64,000 nucleotides of DNA from the NCBI GenBank assembly GCA_000165345.1, contig CM000431.1, positions 864,001 through 928,000 on the forward strand. The letters are read 5' to 3'. Both the position numbers and the translations under genes were made by a program. How positions within the stretch are numbered: position 1 is the first letter of the stretch; each line of letters begins with the position of its first letter. Below are positions 31,801-42,038 of the stretch, piece after piece. A model generated the notes under the pieces. That model had not been told where the DNA came from, made no database searches, and was given only the letters and a program-made list of their open reading frames with translations.

Positions 31801-33439
31801 ACAATCTCAGATTCCTGTTCACGTTGAAATGCTTTCAATATGGCAAAACAATTCAAGAACCTGCTTAAGAAGCCAACTTTTTTCTAATGATGATATTTCA
31901 CTCTTAAAAGAGAAAGAGAGAGAAAATATTAAAGAAGCTGAAAATCTTACTTTAGAGAGACTTTTATATGAATATCTAATCAATAATGGAGATGTTATTG
32001 TTTGGACACTTCCTTTTCTTGTAAGAAGTTGTGAGAATTTTATCAATATTTCACTCAATAGTTCTTTTTACGACTCTGAAGATACTTCAAATGAATATAT
32101 GAAAAGATCTTTAGACTCTTTTGCTTTTCCAATCACATCAGAAAAGGGAAAAAAGCAACTTATTGCAGAATTTGAATCGTGTTGTAAAGTTTTGAATATT
32201 AAAAGTTATCCAATTGAAGTTAAAAGCAAAATACCTATTCTGAAAACAATTACTGTAGTTTTATCTTTTGTTACTTATATTCCAATTAATCATTTAATTT
32301 TAGCTAGTGGTAATGAAATCTTTCAACAGAAGCTTAAAGATGAAATCTTAAACTTGGAAAATACTATCGAGGAAATTATCTTGAAAGAATATCTTCAAGA
32401 ATGTCAATCATTAGTTATTTCAGATGAATCTATTTTGGAAGCTGGAGATAGACGACAGTCTTTTAATTATGGTAATAATGAATCTGCTTTAATCTCAAAT
32501 TATTCAGGAGTTTCTTGTAATTTGAAATTCAAATGTATTGGAATTGCTCCTTTAGAAGTATTAAGTGACTCTACTATTAAACAAGATAAAATTTCTATCT
32601 ACGTTCCTGGTCTAAATTCATTAATTAATACAAAGTTAAATAATAAAAGCTTCCCTAATAATCTTGTTGTATCAAATCACTATCAAGAAGATCTTGAAAT
32701 TAATTCTATTAGTTTCTTGTCTACAATGTGGCTTCAGAATTTCCATAAAGGATTGAATATTAAGGATAGGATTGGTAATAATATTAAAGGATGTAATGGC
32801 AATATAGAACTTTCGTTATTTAAGGAGGCCATCAGAATTGGTTTTATAGATTGTTTTAGACTATTTACAAATGGAAATATAGATTGGATATTGGTTTCTG
32901 GAAATTGTTCTTACACGGAAATTAAGGAAATCATTATTTGGATTTATGACTTGTATATTAATTCTATGGCATGCTTTGATAATGGTTTATTGGCTTCTTT
33001 AACACCAAGAGTAAGTTCTTTTCCAGGAAGTTTATCTTGGGATTCAAGAGATTCTTACAAGATTAGAGATTTATCAGGTGGAATTTTGAAACAATATGAG
33101 AGATATATTAAAGCTATTTCAGATTCATTAAATAATAAATATAAAATATCAGCTTCTTCTATAAATATTCCAAAGGTCATTTGGAATGTTATATTTGATC
33201 ATTTACAACCTATTAATACACTTAACTCCGTTCTTTCTGACTCTACCTTGTTTGAACAATTTTCTAATCTAATTTTAATTAGACAAAACTTACAAGAAGA
33301 TCATCAGGAGCTAGTTAAAAACTTGAAAAGAGAACAAATTTTGGATTCTATGGACTTATTGTCAAAAATGGACAAGGAGCTTTTCAATTATAGAGCTTTT
33401 AATTACTCTAATAGATTTAAGCTTGGTAGAGACGGATAA
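28814..33439 (+). CDS. SAC3/GANP-domain protein (TREX-2 mRNA-export-type), ~1541 aa
   Basis: SAC3/GANP signature ...YIDIYNFLRDRLRAVWQDLTVQHATRH... (nt ~29230..29770). The ORF-track start at 28781 is a TTG codon. The first in-frame ATG is at 28814 (MADSFGG...), so the start was moved to that position. Confidence 0.7.
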   Translation: MADSFGGKNKAGREFIYNVRDELKPPIENAYSNYHPLLRREIFEDQRNDLARLYFRIQDPIQLSSSGQNEGAQNVFVGELFGMCTREEMINKQQTSTANDFERLSGVTLNDDLEARIVNEFLTMKSFQRSDASRVFHKELVRPVVWCRMVVRRLLVYFIEADRIFLNYLYRKPQGQGYKYIDIYNFLRDRLRAVWQDLTVQHATRHRASIDSFEVSFRFLLFSEEYLCNLKEFNSVQNGSLMSTCLDKLMSGYLDVLYYRKKSSSYLCDSELSRILVYDSPFQPEFWSYRILTSMSIKIKDANDNRIMDIINLISPEMIEHPLIKLSLGIHCSFRFVNIVRYFRYFRKCFGIISNLIKDENNSIESFQNKDGQDPEQYRQFGHALILICILIKKYSNIIRLKYLNILLSSNMSKRQLMPLNSFIEIFGFYIESIESLKLFTERFDIKIFNKDNPNVFLFQGSNIGQFQSIQQICNLTTKFVVSFKDCINFSTMESLSILNSLNWPSEILTSLLEKIPRIDILDPILGKISKVDFKNKTHTEDLNKNKIADSNSNQFSFTSLSSSNRDVINNNYKNNNLSNTLIQNLKEIDINKATAYRNFITNSTKQNKRKGFFMEEEVPSIFSNPNITYDVHTDSTSNMNTNSSNKRRSITENITLLSENTTNKPYNLQTKNKLANFQIDSPKFPFQTTNSHNLLNNLIPNERQTPDPGHCAPIGHELTEIKETEERKQSEKDDVYDYKKEVVNVVESIPKDYLDLSVQKNGQVLKFGKEISVNYVGEGDLGKTEANILGLENQIIEDGLVGLSGWKRFRVFFNKYQGSEMELKEEVENDRILENDKESQKRINILLSRINLPENENGINQWLNLSVSGILEQIKTDIISRVIKSLKFSFVFFYNQLLNIEGVSRSHISQLNTFYTKLELILSNLTNGDFLDKKTVQTTDQLKTTENHDYVFPWNSVMVKSEILSGSKKEKDQMIIDIYEIDFSHENFERFQGNKQSQIPVHVEMLSIWQNNSRTCLRSQLFSNDDISLLKEKERENIKEAENLTLERLLYEYLINNGDVIVWTLPFLVRSCENFINISLNSSFYDSEDTSNEYMKRSLDSFAFPITSEKGKKQLIAEFESCCKVLNIKSYPIEVKSKIPILKTITVVLSFVTYIPINHLILASGNEIFQQKLKDEILNLENTIEEIILKEYLQECQSLVISDESILEAGDRRQSFNYGNNESALISNYSGVSCNLKFKCIGIAPLEVLSDSTIKQDKISIYVPGLNSLINTKLNNKSFPNNLVVSNHYQEDLEINSISFLSTMWLQNFHKGLNIKDRIGNNIKGCNGNIELSLFKEAIRIGFIDCFRLFTNGNIDWILVSGNCSYTEIKEIIIWIYDLYINSMACFDNGLLASLTPRVSSFPGSLSWDSRDSYKIRDLSGGILKQYERYIKAISDSLNNKYKISASSINIPKVIWNVIFDHLQPINTLNSVLSDSTLFEQFSNLILIRQNLQEDHQELVKNLKREQILDSMDLLSKMDKELFNYRAFNYSNRFKLGRDG

Positions 33440-33678
33440 ATTTAATTAGAAATAAATAAATATATAATCAAAAAGTAAATAATAATGAATTATATCGTTA
33501 GGTTAGATTTTTAACTAGGAAATGAGTATTACTAATGCAAATTACTTTAATTACCACAAATTTTATGTTTAATTATTTTTGAAGTAATGACGTGGCAAAT
33601 TAAATAAAAGAAAAAATAATTACTTAAGATATTTGATCTTATATTGTTTAGAATTTAATGATCAAGATTAAAACTTTA

Positions 33679-34785
33679 CTACTTTTTAATAATTTGAACA
33701 ACGTCTTCATCAATTAAAACATGGTCTTTTCCTACTCTTTGGGGATTATGTCTAACAGACTGACCCCAAACTAGAGCATATTTCATCTGAGGGAGTAATT
33801 GTTTATGTATTCTCCTACAAAAATCTGCTATAGTAGACTTATCACGTTTTAAAATAACTGGAGCAGCATAATCAGGAATCTGACCTTTAGGCTTAGTATA
33901 AATCCTAATAAGATCTAAATACTGCCATATTTTCTCAATAAGACCATCAAGATTCCATTCATGATGAGCAGATACTGGAACATAATGTGGACATTGTGAA
34001 AGAACATCCAATTCTTCAATAGTAATTTGATCAATCTTATTTAGAATATAAATACAAGGTAAATATATACGATTACCTTCAATAATATCAATAATATCAT
34101 CAGCAGTTGCATCACAACGGATAACAAAGTTAGCATTATTGATTCTATACTCTGAACAGATTGATTTAATAGTCTCCTCGTCAATATTTTTAAGTTGTAC
34201 AGTAGAAGTAATTGTAATTCCACCTCTGTCTTTTCTAGTAAATGATATATTTGGTGGTTGCTTATTTAACCTAATTCCAAAACCTTCCAATTCTCTCTCA
34301 ATAATTCTTTTATGTGTTAAAGGTTTTAAAGCATCTAAAACAATGAGAATTAAACTACATGTTCTACCTACACCAATAACTTGACGACCTCTACCTTTAC
34401 CATCCTTGGCTCCTTCAATAATTCCGGGTAAATCTAAGAGCTGAATTTTAGCACCTTTGTAATTAAATACACCAGGAACACATGTAAGAGTAGTAAATTC
34501 ATAAGCTGCTACTTCACTAAAAGTACCAGTTAATTTATTTAATAGGGTTGATTTACCTACAGAAGGAAAGCCAATAAGTCCTACTCTTGCTTCTCCTGTC
34601 TTGCTGACATCCCAACCTTCATTCCCTCCGCCACCTCCTCCTCTTCCATCGCCACCACTAATTACCTGTGCTCTTAGTTTTGCTAATTTTGCCTTTAATA
34701 AACCCAAATGAAAATTGGTTGCCTTATTTTTTTGAGTTCTGGCCATTTCGGCCTCTATCTCGGCAATCTTCTGAAGTAAACTCAT
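33679..34785 (-). CDS. DRG: developmentally regulated GTP-binding protein (Obg-family GTPase with C-terminal TGS domain), DRG2-like
   Basis: [40 protein letters not shown]..., the G1 motif [20 protein letters not shown] and a C-terminal TGS-like ...[18 protein letters not shown] align end-to-end with eukaryotic DRG1/2. Confidence 0.95.
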   Translation of the reverse strand: MSLLQKIAEIEAEMARTQKNKATNFHLGLLKAKLAKLRAQVISGGDGRGGGGGGNEGWDVSKTGEARVGLIGFPSVGKSTLLNKLTGTFSEVAAYEFTTLTCVPGVFNYKGAKIQLLDLPGIIEGAKDGKGRGRQVIGVGRTCSLILIVLDALKPLTHKRIIERELEGFGIRLNKQPPNISFTRKDRGGITITSTVQLKNIDEETIKSICSEYRINNANFVIRCDATADDIIDIIEGNRIYLPCIYILNKIDQITIEELDVLSQCPHYVPVSAHHEWNLDGLIEKIWQYLDLIRIYTKPKGQIPDYAAPVILKRDKSTIADFCRRIHKQLLPQMKYALVWGQSVRHNPQRVGKDHVLIDEDVVQIIKK

Positions 34786-34888
34786 TTCAAATTCCTAAAG
34801 AACCACTCCAGAAATTCTTCTGATTATTTTTATCTTTTTTCCCCTTAATTTTACTCCTATTGAATTTATTTGTCTAATTGTCAATTAT

Positions 34889-34899
34889 AAACCGGAACT
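34889..34899. promoter_or_regulatory. E2F-like site TTTTGGCGCCA about 105 bp upstream of the DRG ATG
   Basis: A GC island in the AT-rich 5' flank of the minus-strand DRG gene. Confidence 0.45.
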
Positions 34900-35357
34900 T
34901 TTGGCGCCACAAATTTTTGAAATAATATTTTTGCTAAATATAATTTTTAATAGGTAATAAAAAGAGGGGCAAGGGAAAGGGTGTAATATTTTATTTATTA
35001 AGTGGGAAAATTATAGGCAAATTTAATATTAAGATTTGACAGATTAATATAAATAAAATATATTTTAGGATATATTTTGAAATATTAAGGTGTTAACTAA
35101 ACGTTGAAATGTTGAAATCTAATGCAAAATAGGAGAAAAGAACGACTATTATTTGTATAATGATTGAAATCATAAGAATCCCAGAAATTGAGTTCTATTA
35201 GATTTTTAAATAAGTTAAGATTTTTTTTTCTTAATAATACAAGATAGAAAAATTGAATATATATTGAATTGTATTTTTAACATTTTCCACCCTGTAGTAG
35301 TAATTATAACTTACGCTTAATTTAGAATGAAGATTTAATGCTTTAGCTTGGCATAAT

Positions 35358-35695
35358 TCTAAAAATAAATTTTATTTATTATGAAGAATGCCATATTAAT
35401 TTTAAGTAAAATTCCATAAATCTTTGACTTACCATAAGTTAGCTCTTTAATTATTCTTTCAGATTTCTTCTTAACATATCCATTTTGACTGTTTAAATTA
35501 AAATCAGAATTAATTTTAATTTCGTCCATTTGTAGCCATGAAACTGGTGATAATAATGAAATAATACTTTCTGGATGATTATATTCGCTTAAATCTTCGT
35601 TCATTATCTTGAAAAATAATTAATTATTCATTTATTCTCTTTATTTTTAAAATTCATTAATTCAATTCTACTTACTTTTTCCACGTTATTTTCTT
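35358..35695 (-). CDS. candidate small spliced gene (exons 35695..35666, 35607..35433, 35358..~35205), unknown function
   Basis: On the minus strand, ATGACAAGCGAAGAAAATAACGTGGAAAAA is followed by a GTAAGT donor, and 58 nt later by a ...TTTCAAG acceptor that joins in frame to the listed 81-aa ORF. That ORF contains a second GTAAGT (TATG|GTAAGT) followed 74 nt later by TTTTTAG, and the ORF-track stop is the AG of that acceptor. The phases are consistent. An 18-bp palindrome ATTTGCATGCATGCAAAT lies ~216 bp upstream. Confidence 0.25.
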
Positions 35696-36047
35696 CGCTT
35701 GTCATTGAAATATAATTTTTCAGAGTATTTATGAATATTTCAGTATTGTCCGACTATTTAAGAAAAAAATAGTACAATTTTGTACTTGAATTTCTTTATT
35801 TTTTTAATATTATTATTAATATTTAATTTTTAATTTACTTCTAAATTATTAACTACTTTGATTCTTCTTTAAATTATTGCCAGATGATTATTTCAATTAC
35901 GTGTAAAGAAATTTGCATGCATGCAAATATAATATATATATCATTACTTGCATGTAAAAAAGGAAAATAAATATTTCATTTGCAATAATCCTATTAAAAT
36001 TTAATGAAATTATTGATTTTTTATCTAAGCAAAATACTAAATAAAAA

Positions 36048-37925
36048 TTAAATTTTCTCATAAATGTACAAGTAAGACCAAAAAACTAAGCCAATGGGTG
36101 TTTCAAGAAAAAATGAATCAAAAACTCTGCGAATAAGTTTATAATTATGTTTATGGAGCCATTCTTGCAGATTTTCATTAAAGTATGAATTAATTACAAA
36201 GAATTTTGGTAATTCCCCAGAAAGTTTTCTATTAAATCTGTAATTCAAACAATTGTCAAAATTTGAAGTATTTAACTTAGTAATATTTGATGAAATATAT
36301 GGACTGGGGTAAGATGTATTCAACAAGGGATTAATAACAAAAATCTCCTCCAATAACTGTGTAGTATTTGGATGTGTCCAAAGTATTTCATTCATATTCT
36401 TATGTTTGATTGATTGATTAATATTAGGAGAACAATCAAAGAATCCAAATTTCACGTCTTGGTTTAAGAAAGAGTAGGCTGGATACATATGGCATTGAGA
36501 AACAAAGAAAATGGATCCATTCTTCTGCAAATTCAAATTGGACAAATATCTAATCGCAGATTCACCACCTCTTTGAAATATTGTTGTAAAGAAAAAAGCT
36601 GGAATAATTTGAGCTAGTAATGTTACTAGAAGGTACTTATTATTGAGATATATTCGAAAAATGCTAATACTACTAAATAATAACCCCATACAGTTATTAT
36701 TATCCATTTTGAAGAGCTTATGTATTTCTAAAATGAGTTTATATATTCCAAGGCTCGTGGTAATTAACAATATGGGAAAATAAGGGATAATAAAACGATG
36801 TTCTTTATGTGATGTAGTAGAAAGCAAGATCATAGTAATTAAAGTAGAAATTTGTGATATTTTAAATATTTGATTTTTTAAATTAAATGATTCGATGATT
36901 CCAAGAATCATAAATGGTAGATAAGAAAGTAAAGTAACAATTGGCATTTCAGTAAAGTAATAAAGTCTGGAATTTGAACCATATATTTGTCCTGGATCTC
37001 CCATCAAATTAAATTTAACAAAGTTAATCATTGGAATTGTAAATTTTTTGTAGAACAAATAATCCAAATAAAACATTACTGGTATTGTGATGAAAACAAC
37101 AACTATGCAAATTTTTAACAATTTCATGATTGTAAAAATTGAATATTTACTACCTTTATTAATAATATCTTTAATTTGAAAAATAATCAAAGTTAAGTAT
37201 AATATTAGCCAAAATTGAACAGATGAATGCCTAACTAAAACACTTAATGAAGAAAGAAATATTCCAATTATAAGAGATTGATTATCTGAGTAACTACCAT
37301 TAATCAATTCTTCTGATTTAATGATAAAATATATACTCCAGATATTAATACAATTTTCAACAGTTTGGGCATAAGTTCTACATAAAGTATAGAAATTATA
37401 CCAACTAAATAATGAAATAAATAATGCCACAAAATCTAATTTATATTTATTACATATTTTCTGGTAAAATGAAATTTTGAAGAAGATAGAATCTTTCAAA
37501 TTACTTTTGGATTTATTATCACTATCTTCAATTTTAGTTTCCATTCGAGCATAATAATTTTTGTGAAATATTGAATAAGCAACTTTACTTGTACCAATAT
37601 CTGTTAATATAGCAAATATAGACTGATAAAGCCTTGGAATAATGAAATAATAATTTGTATGATATAAACATTGGTAATTATTCTTACAGAAAAATTTTAC
37701 AATCTTTTTAAAGAAATTTATGATAATATAACATATAGTAAAAATTAGTGGATGAATAATACTTCTTAAAGATACACATGGTTCCCATTCCCATGTAAGG
37801 TACCCAAACTTATTCACAATTTTGTGTGCAACCTCTAAAGATTGCCAATACTCATCTGGATTATAAGTTGTGCGGATAAATAATGAATTTAGGATTCTAA
37901 AAACAATAATAATTATATAGACCAT
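36048..37925 (-). CDS. GT22-family dolichyl-phosphate-mannose-dependent mannosyltransferase (PIG-B/GPI10 or ALG9/12-type), polytopic membrane protein, 625 aa
   Basis: The N-terminal motif ...RTTYNPDEYWQSLEVAHKIVNKFGYLTWEWEPCVSLRSIIHPL is the conserved GT22 signature (HPDE..Q.LEVAH...G.LTWEW...RS). It is followed by more than 8 hydrophobic helices. Confidence 0.75.
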   Translation of the reverse strand: MVYIIIIVFRILNSLFIRTTYNPDEYWQSLEVAHKIVNKFGYLTWEWEPCVSLRSIIHPLIFTICYIIINFFKKIVKFFCKNNYQCLYHTNYYFIIPRLYQSIFAILTDIGTSKVAYSIFHKNYYARMETKIEDSDNKSKSNLKDSIFFKISFYQKICNKYKLDFVALFISLFSWYNFYTLCRTYAQTVENCINIWSIYFIIKSEELINGSYSDNQSLIIGIFLSSLSVLVRHSSVQFWLILYLTLIIFQIKDIINKGSKYSIFTIMKLLKICIVVVFITIPVMFYLDYLFYKKFTIPMINFVKFNLMGDPGQIYGSNSRLYYFTEMPIVTLLSYLPFMILGIIESFNLKNQIFKISQISTLITMILLSTTSHKEHRFIIPYFPILLITTSLGIYKLILEIHKLFKMDNNNCMGLLFSSISIFRIYLNNKYLLVTLLAQIIPAFFFTTIFQRGGESAIRYLSNLNLQKNGSIFFVSQCHMYPAYSFLNQDVKFGFFDCSPNINQSIKHKNMNEILWTHPNTTQLLEEIFVINPLLNTSYPSPYISSNITKLNTSNFDNCLNYRFNRKLSGELPKFFVINSYFNENLQEWLHKHNYKLIRRVFDSFFLETPIGLVFWSYLYIYEKI

Positions 37926-38327
37926 AATTAAGAATAAATTTTTTTTAACTTTGAGAAATTTTCAAAAACGAGTTTCTGGTAGTTATTTTGATTACTTACA
38001 AGATAATAAAATTCTAAAAATCAAATTAAATATTTATTAATACATAGAATCAATTACTCAAACTATTTCTTCTATTCAAAAGTTGAATTATTTTTTTTTT
38101 AAATTTCCATTACTAAAATTAATTTCTTATTTATTCACAAAAAAAAAAGTGGCGGGAAATGTCTGAACTATTAGTAATTATTTGACTTGAAGTTTTGGCA
38201 GTGGGGATATGTGGGGCGTAAATAAAATAAAAATTGACAAAAATAAAAAAAAAGACTATGTAAAATCTATTAATTGACAGAATTTAATATGGCAAAAATG
38301 ATAATTGCATTGGAAATAAATAATTAA

Positions 38328-39908
38328 TCAGATCAACTTGCTAATAACAGAATTTGAAATGCTTAGAGCAAGCTTAGGAAACTCATTTGAAAGTTGAACG
38401 AATTTAGGACTGTTAATTAGTACATCTACATGACAGGATGCAAAATCAACACAAAATTTGACAAGTTGATCAATTTTACAACGATGAGCAATAATAAGGA
38501 TTTCGCAAACATTATTAACTTCCACTAATTGTTTAACAGTTTTAATGCATAAATCAGAAAGAGCTGATAAGTTATAGGAATCTGCAATAAGTAATACATT
38601 ACACAATGTTTGGAGATCAGTTTCATCCAAGTAAGAAGTATAAAGAAATCTAATAATGACTTTGAATTCTTTTTTCGGAATATGTTCAAGACGGATTTCT
38701 TTTGAATTTGTTTCAGCCATGCCATTTTTGAACATTGATTTAAAGTATTGACTTTGAGCAACTAAAATGCATTTGTGTGCATATAAAGTTTCTTCATTTT
38801 CAAGAATGAAAATAATATCGCTAAATTCTGGATTATCAACAAGACTTTCCAAATTTGAAAGCATTGGTAATGAAATATTTTTGCTATGCATTGAACACGA
38901 GAACTTTCTTATATCTAATAAATAAGTATCCGATTTCCAACAGTTACCGTCATATCCACCAAATAAAAGACATTTACCGCCTGGAATAGTTGTTAGGGAG
39001 TTTCTTTGCCTAGGACTTGGAGAGTTCTTCTCAATTATCCTTTCCCAACGTACTATTGAAGGTAACTCAGAAATATCAAGAATAAATAAATCATTACACC
39101 TATTTTTTCCATCATATCCTCCAAACATTACAGCAGAAACATCATCTAATAAAGCTAAACTGTGACCTTTTCTTGCTGATGGACAGACACCAAAGACTTT
39201 TGGGGTTTGAAATTCTTTTTTTTCTGGATTATATAATGAAACATCACCAATATACTCTTTACCTGTGTTTCCACCAAAAAATATGATTCCTTTACTTGAA
39301 GAAATAGCACAATGACCATTTCTGTATCTTGGAATATAATTTTCAAATTCTATTTCATTCCAAGTCATTTTTGCAATATCATAAACCCATAAATCATTAA
39401 AACATTGAATTCCATCAAAACCTCCAAAAAGATAGAGCCTTCCAAAAATTCGTGTTAAGGAATGGCATGCCCTGGCTGAAGGTTTTTTTAACTTATTTGA
39501 AACCTTAACACGTTTCCAGCTTCCCAAAAGTTCTTCATTCACTTCTTCAGTGTAATTAAATGCATTCAAGTTATCGCTATTTAAATGATCTGTTCCTTTT
39601 ACTGTAAATTCATACAAATCACTAAGCCAAAATTCACCATTGTGACCTCCATGTATATATAATGAATTCCCATATACGGCAGATGCATGATTATTTCTAT
39701 TTTTTGGCCTCTTTTCAGAAGGTATCAATTTTTGCCAAAACATTACTTCTGAACTCGTATATAACACATAAAAATCATTTAGTGCTTGAAATCCATTCCA
39801 ACCACCAAATAAATATAACTTATCTTCTATTATGTTACACGTATGTGCAGCTCTTGGGGATGGGAGTTTACCCCTGAATTCCCCTGACATCCAAGGAGTT
39901 AATGACAT
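38328..39908 (-). CDS. Kelch-repeat protein with C-terminal BTB/POZ domain (LZTR1-like domain order), 526 aa
   Basis: The N-terminal ~330 aa contain repeated Kelch blades (LYLFGGWNG, LYIHGGHNG, LYLFGGFDG, IIFFGGNTG, VMFGGYDG, LLFGGYDG). The C-terminus ...FSDIIFILENEETLYAHKCILVAQSQYFKSMFKNGMAE...IRL... is a BTB fold with a BACK-like tail. Confidence 0.8.
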   Translation of the reverse strand: MSLTPWMSGEFRGKLPSPRAAHTCNIIEDKLYLFGGWNGFQALNDFYVLYTSSEVMFWQKLIPSEKRPKNRNNHASAVYGNSLYIHGGHNGEFWLSDLYEFTVKGTDHLNSDNLNAFNYTEEVNEELLGSWKRVKVSNKLKKPSARACHSLTRIFGRLYLFGGFDGIQCFNDLWVYDIAKMTWNEIEFENYIPRYRNGHCAISSSKGIIFFGGNTGKEYIGDVSLYNPEKKEFQTPKVFGVCPSARKGHSLALLDDVSAVMFGGYDGKNRCNDLFILDISELPSIVRWERIIEKNSPSPRQRNSLTTIPGGKCLLFGGYDGNCWKSDTYLLDIRKFSCSMHSKNISLPMLSNLESLVDNPEFSDIIFILENEETLYAHKCILVAQSQYFKSMFKNGMAETNSKEIRLEHIPKKEFKVIIRFLYTSYLDETDLQTLCNVLLIADSYNLSALSDLCIKTVKQLVEVNNVCEILIIAHRCKIDQLVKFCVDFASCHVDVLINSPKFVQLSNEFPKLALSISNSVISKLI

Positions 39909-39974
39909 TTTATCTTCTGACTGAATTTTACCCTTTGTGATTTACCATTAAATTTCTTAAAGTAGATAAAGTAT

Positions 39975-39998
39975 GTATATATATATATATATATATAT
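39975..39998. repeat. (TA)12 dinucleotide microsatellite
   Basis: An uninterrupted TATATA... run in the spacer upstream of the Kelch-BTB gene start. Confidence 0.9.
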
Positions 39999-40356
39999 TG
40001 ATTACTAGATTAAATATCATAAAAAAAAGTTTGTAGAATAAATGGAAATGATTTAAATAATAATGGCCAAAATTAATTAAAGTTTCTTTATAGAAATGAC
40101 CATTTTACTAATATTAATCTTTAAATAATAAATATGAAATAGTTTTTCTTAATTTTTCAAATTGATTGAAATATGAATGTTTTTCTTTTTCAAGTAAGAA
40201 GAATTATTATGTTCAAAAGTCCCAATTATTGTTATAAAATTTACAGAAAAACACAGTTATTCCAGTTTTTGTTATTTTTATTTAATATCAATTTTTACTT
40301 TTTGCTTTTATTATTTCAATTATTAGGGTTTTTACATGTAAAATATTCAAGTCAAG

Positions 40357-40366
40357 TTGGCGCCAA
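40357..40366. promoter_or_regulatory. E2F-like palindrome TTGGCGCCAA about 275 bp upstream of the M18 aminopeptidase ATG
   Basis: A GC island in a divergent AT-rich promoter region (Kelch-BTB gene on the minus strand, aminopeptidase on the plus strand). Confidence 0.45.
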
Positions 40367-40640
40367 AATGCAAAACATATTATTATATTTAAGTATTTAA
40401 TATTAAATGAAATATAATAAATAAATTATACATTAAAGTGAATATTAATAGGAATTATTAATTAATTATAATTAATATATATTTATAAATGAATTTAAAT
40501 ATATAAATTCGTGGGGAAATAATTAATATTTGAGAATAAAATAAACATTACAGATAAATAATAATTGGAAAGAAAGGGTTTTAAATCAAAGTATTAATTA
40601 TTAATAATCAAAGTTATTATCTATAAATTAAGTTTCAAAG

Positions 40641-42038
40641 ATGACAAAAGAGTTTTCTGATAAATTTCTCGAGTTTCTAAATAATACAGGTTCGCCATAT
40701 CACTCAGTGGATGAAACAATTAAGATACTTAAAGGGAGTGGGTTTGTAAAGTTGGATGATAATGAAGAAATAAAAAAAGGAGGTAAATACTATATAACTT
40801 TAAACTATAGTACTATTTTAGCATTTAAAGTAGGGGAAGAATTTGATTTAGAAGATGAAAGGAGTATGGTGGTTATAACAGGTTCACACACAGATAGTCC
40901 TTGTTTGAGAGTTAGACCGAGTTCTATAACTTGTAATGAAGGTTACACTCAATTGAGTGTTTCTACATATGGTGGAGGACTTTGGCATACATGGTTTGAT
41001 AGAGGTCTAGGAATTGCGGGAAAAGTGGTAGATAATGCATGCAATGAATATTTAATCAAAATTAAGAGACCAATATGTGCAATTCCAAATTTAGCAATAC
41101 ATTTAACAACTTCAGAGGAAAGATCTTCATTTGTATATGATAAGGAAAAGCATTTACAACCAATAATATCAAAAACGGATACAAATGATAAATATGGAGA
41201 ACAACTTTTATCTCTTCCACGTAGTTTGCTTGATGAGATTTGCAGAGAAATTAATGTTCAACCTCAGAACATTTCTTCATTTGATCTATGTTTGATGGAT
41301 TCAGTTGATTCTAGATATGTTGGTATTAATGATGAATTTATTGATTCTCCAAGACTTGACAATCTTGGAGGTGTTTTTTCATGTTTTACAGCTTTAATTG
41401 ATGCATCAGAATCAAATAGTAGTGATTTATTAATTTCTGTTGCATTTGACCATGAGGAAGTAGGAAGTGTCTCATTTTCAGGAGCTCACTCAGACTTTCT
41501 TAAACAAAGTCTAAAGTTAATTTTGGCTGGTTTGGAAAATTCTAATTTGAATAAATCAACACCTAAAGGAGTGGTAAATGCTAATCGAAATTCTGACTTG
41601 GAATTCTGTAAGATAATGAAGAGATCTATCTTTTTGAGTGTTGATATGGCTCATTCAATACACCCAAATTATCCCGAAAGGCATCAATCAAAGCATAAAC
41701 CTTCTCCAAATAATGGTATTGTAATTAAGACAAACTTTAATCAAGCTTATACAACAGACTGCACAACAAGAACATTCTTAAAGACTATTGCAAATAATTT
41801 CAATATAAAGACTCAAGATTTCCTAGTAAAAAATTCTTCTCCATGTGGTTCTACTATAGGCCCAATAGTTGCCTCCAATTTGGGAATTCGTACTGCCGAT
41901 ATTGGTGCATGCATGCTTGCAATGCATTCATGCAGAGAGTTCATGTACTACTCTGATATTTACGACTTGCAAAACTTTATTAAGGTATTTTACATGACTT
42001 GGTCAAAAGTAAAACTTGAATCAAAACTACTAGAATAA
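40641..42038 (+). CDS. M18-family aspartyl aminopeptidase, 465 aa
   Basis: ...VVITGSHTDSPCLRVRP... (the M18 catalytic region), the metal-ligand region ...VAFDHEEVGSVSFSGAHS..., and the C-terminal ...DIGACMLAMHSCREF... match aspartyl aminopeptidase (DNPEP/Ape1-type). Confidence 0.85.
   Translation: MTKEFSDKFLEFLNNTGSPYHSVDETIKILKGSGFVKLDDNEEIKKGGKYYITLNYSTILAFKVGEEFDLEDERSMVVITGSHTDSPCLRVRPSSITCNEGYTQLSVSTYGGGLWHTWFDRGLGIAGKVVDNACNEYLIKIKRPICAIPNLAIHLTTSEERSSFVYDKEKHLQPIISKTDTNDKYGEQLLSLPRSLLDEICREINVQPQNISSFDLCLMDSVDSRYVGINDEFIDSPRLDNLGGVFSCFTALIDASESNSSDLLISVAFDHEEVGSVSFSGAHSDFLKQSLKLILAGLENSNLNKSTPKGVVNANRNSDLEFCKIMKRSIFLSVDMAHSIHPNYPERHQSKHKPSPNNGIVIKTNFNQAYTTDCTTRTFLKTIANNFNIKTQDFLVKNSSPCGSTIGPIVASNLGIRTADIGACMLAMHSCREFMYYSDIYDLQNFIKVFYMTWSKVKLESKLLE

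Noticed and set aside
34041-34384. ORFs 34041..34223(-) and 34139..34384(+) within the DRG locus
   Set aside because: They are alternative-frame or antisense readings inside the well-supported DRG coding sequence.
35262-35290. Possible third 25-nt mini-intron (AGC|GTAAGTTATAATTACTACTACAG) in the proposed small spliced gene
   Set aside because: It is far shorter than the other introns seen in the window (51-110 nt). Splicing it leads to a stop after 4 codons. More likely it is plain exon sequence or 3' UTR.
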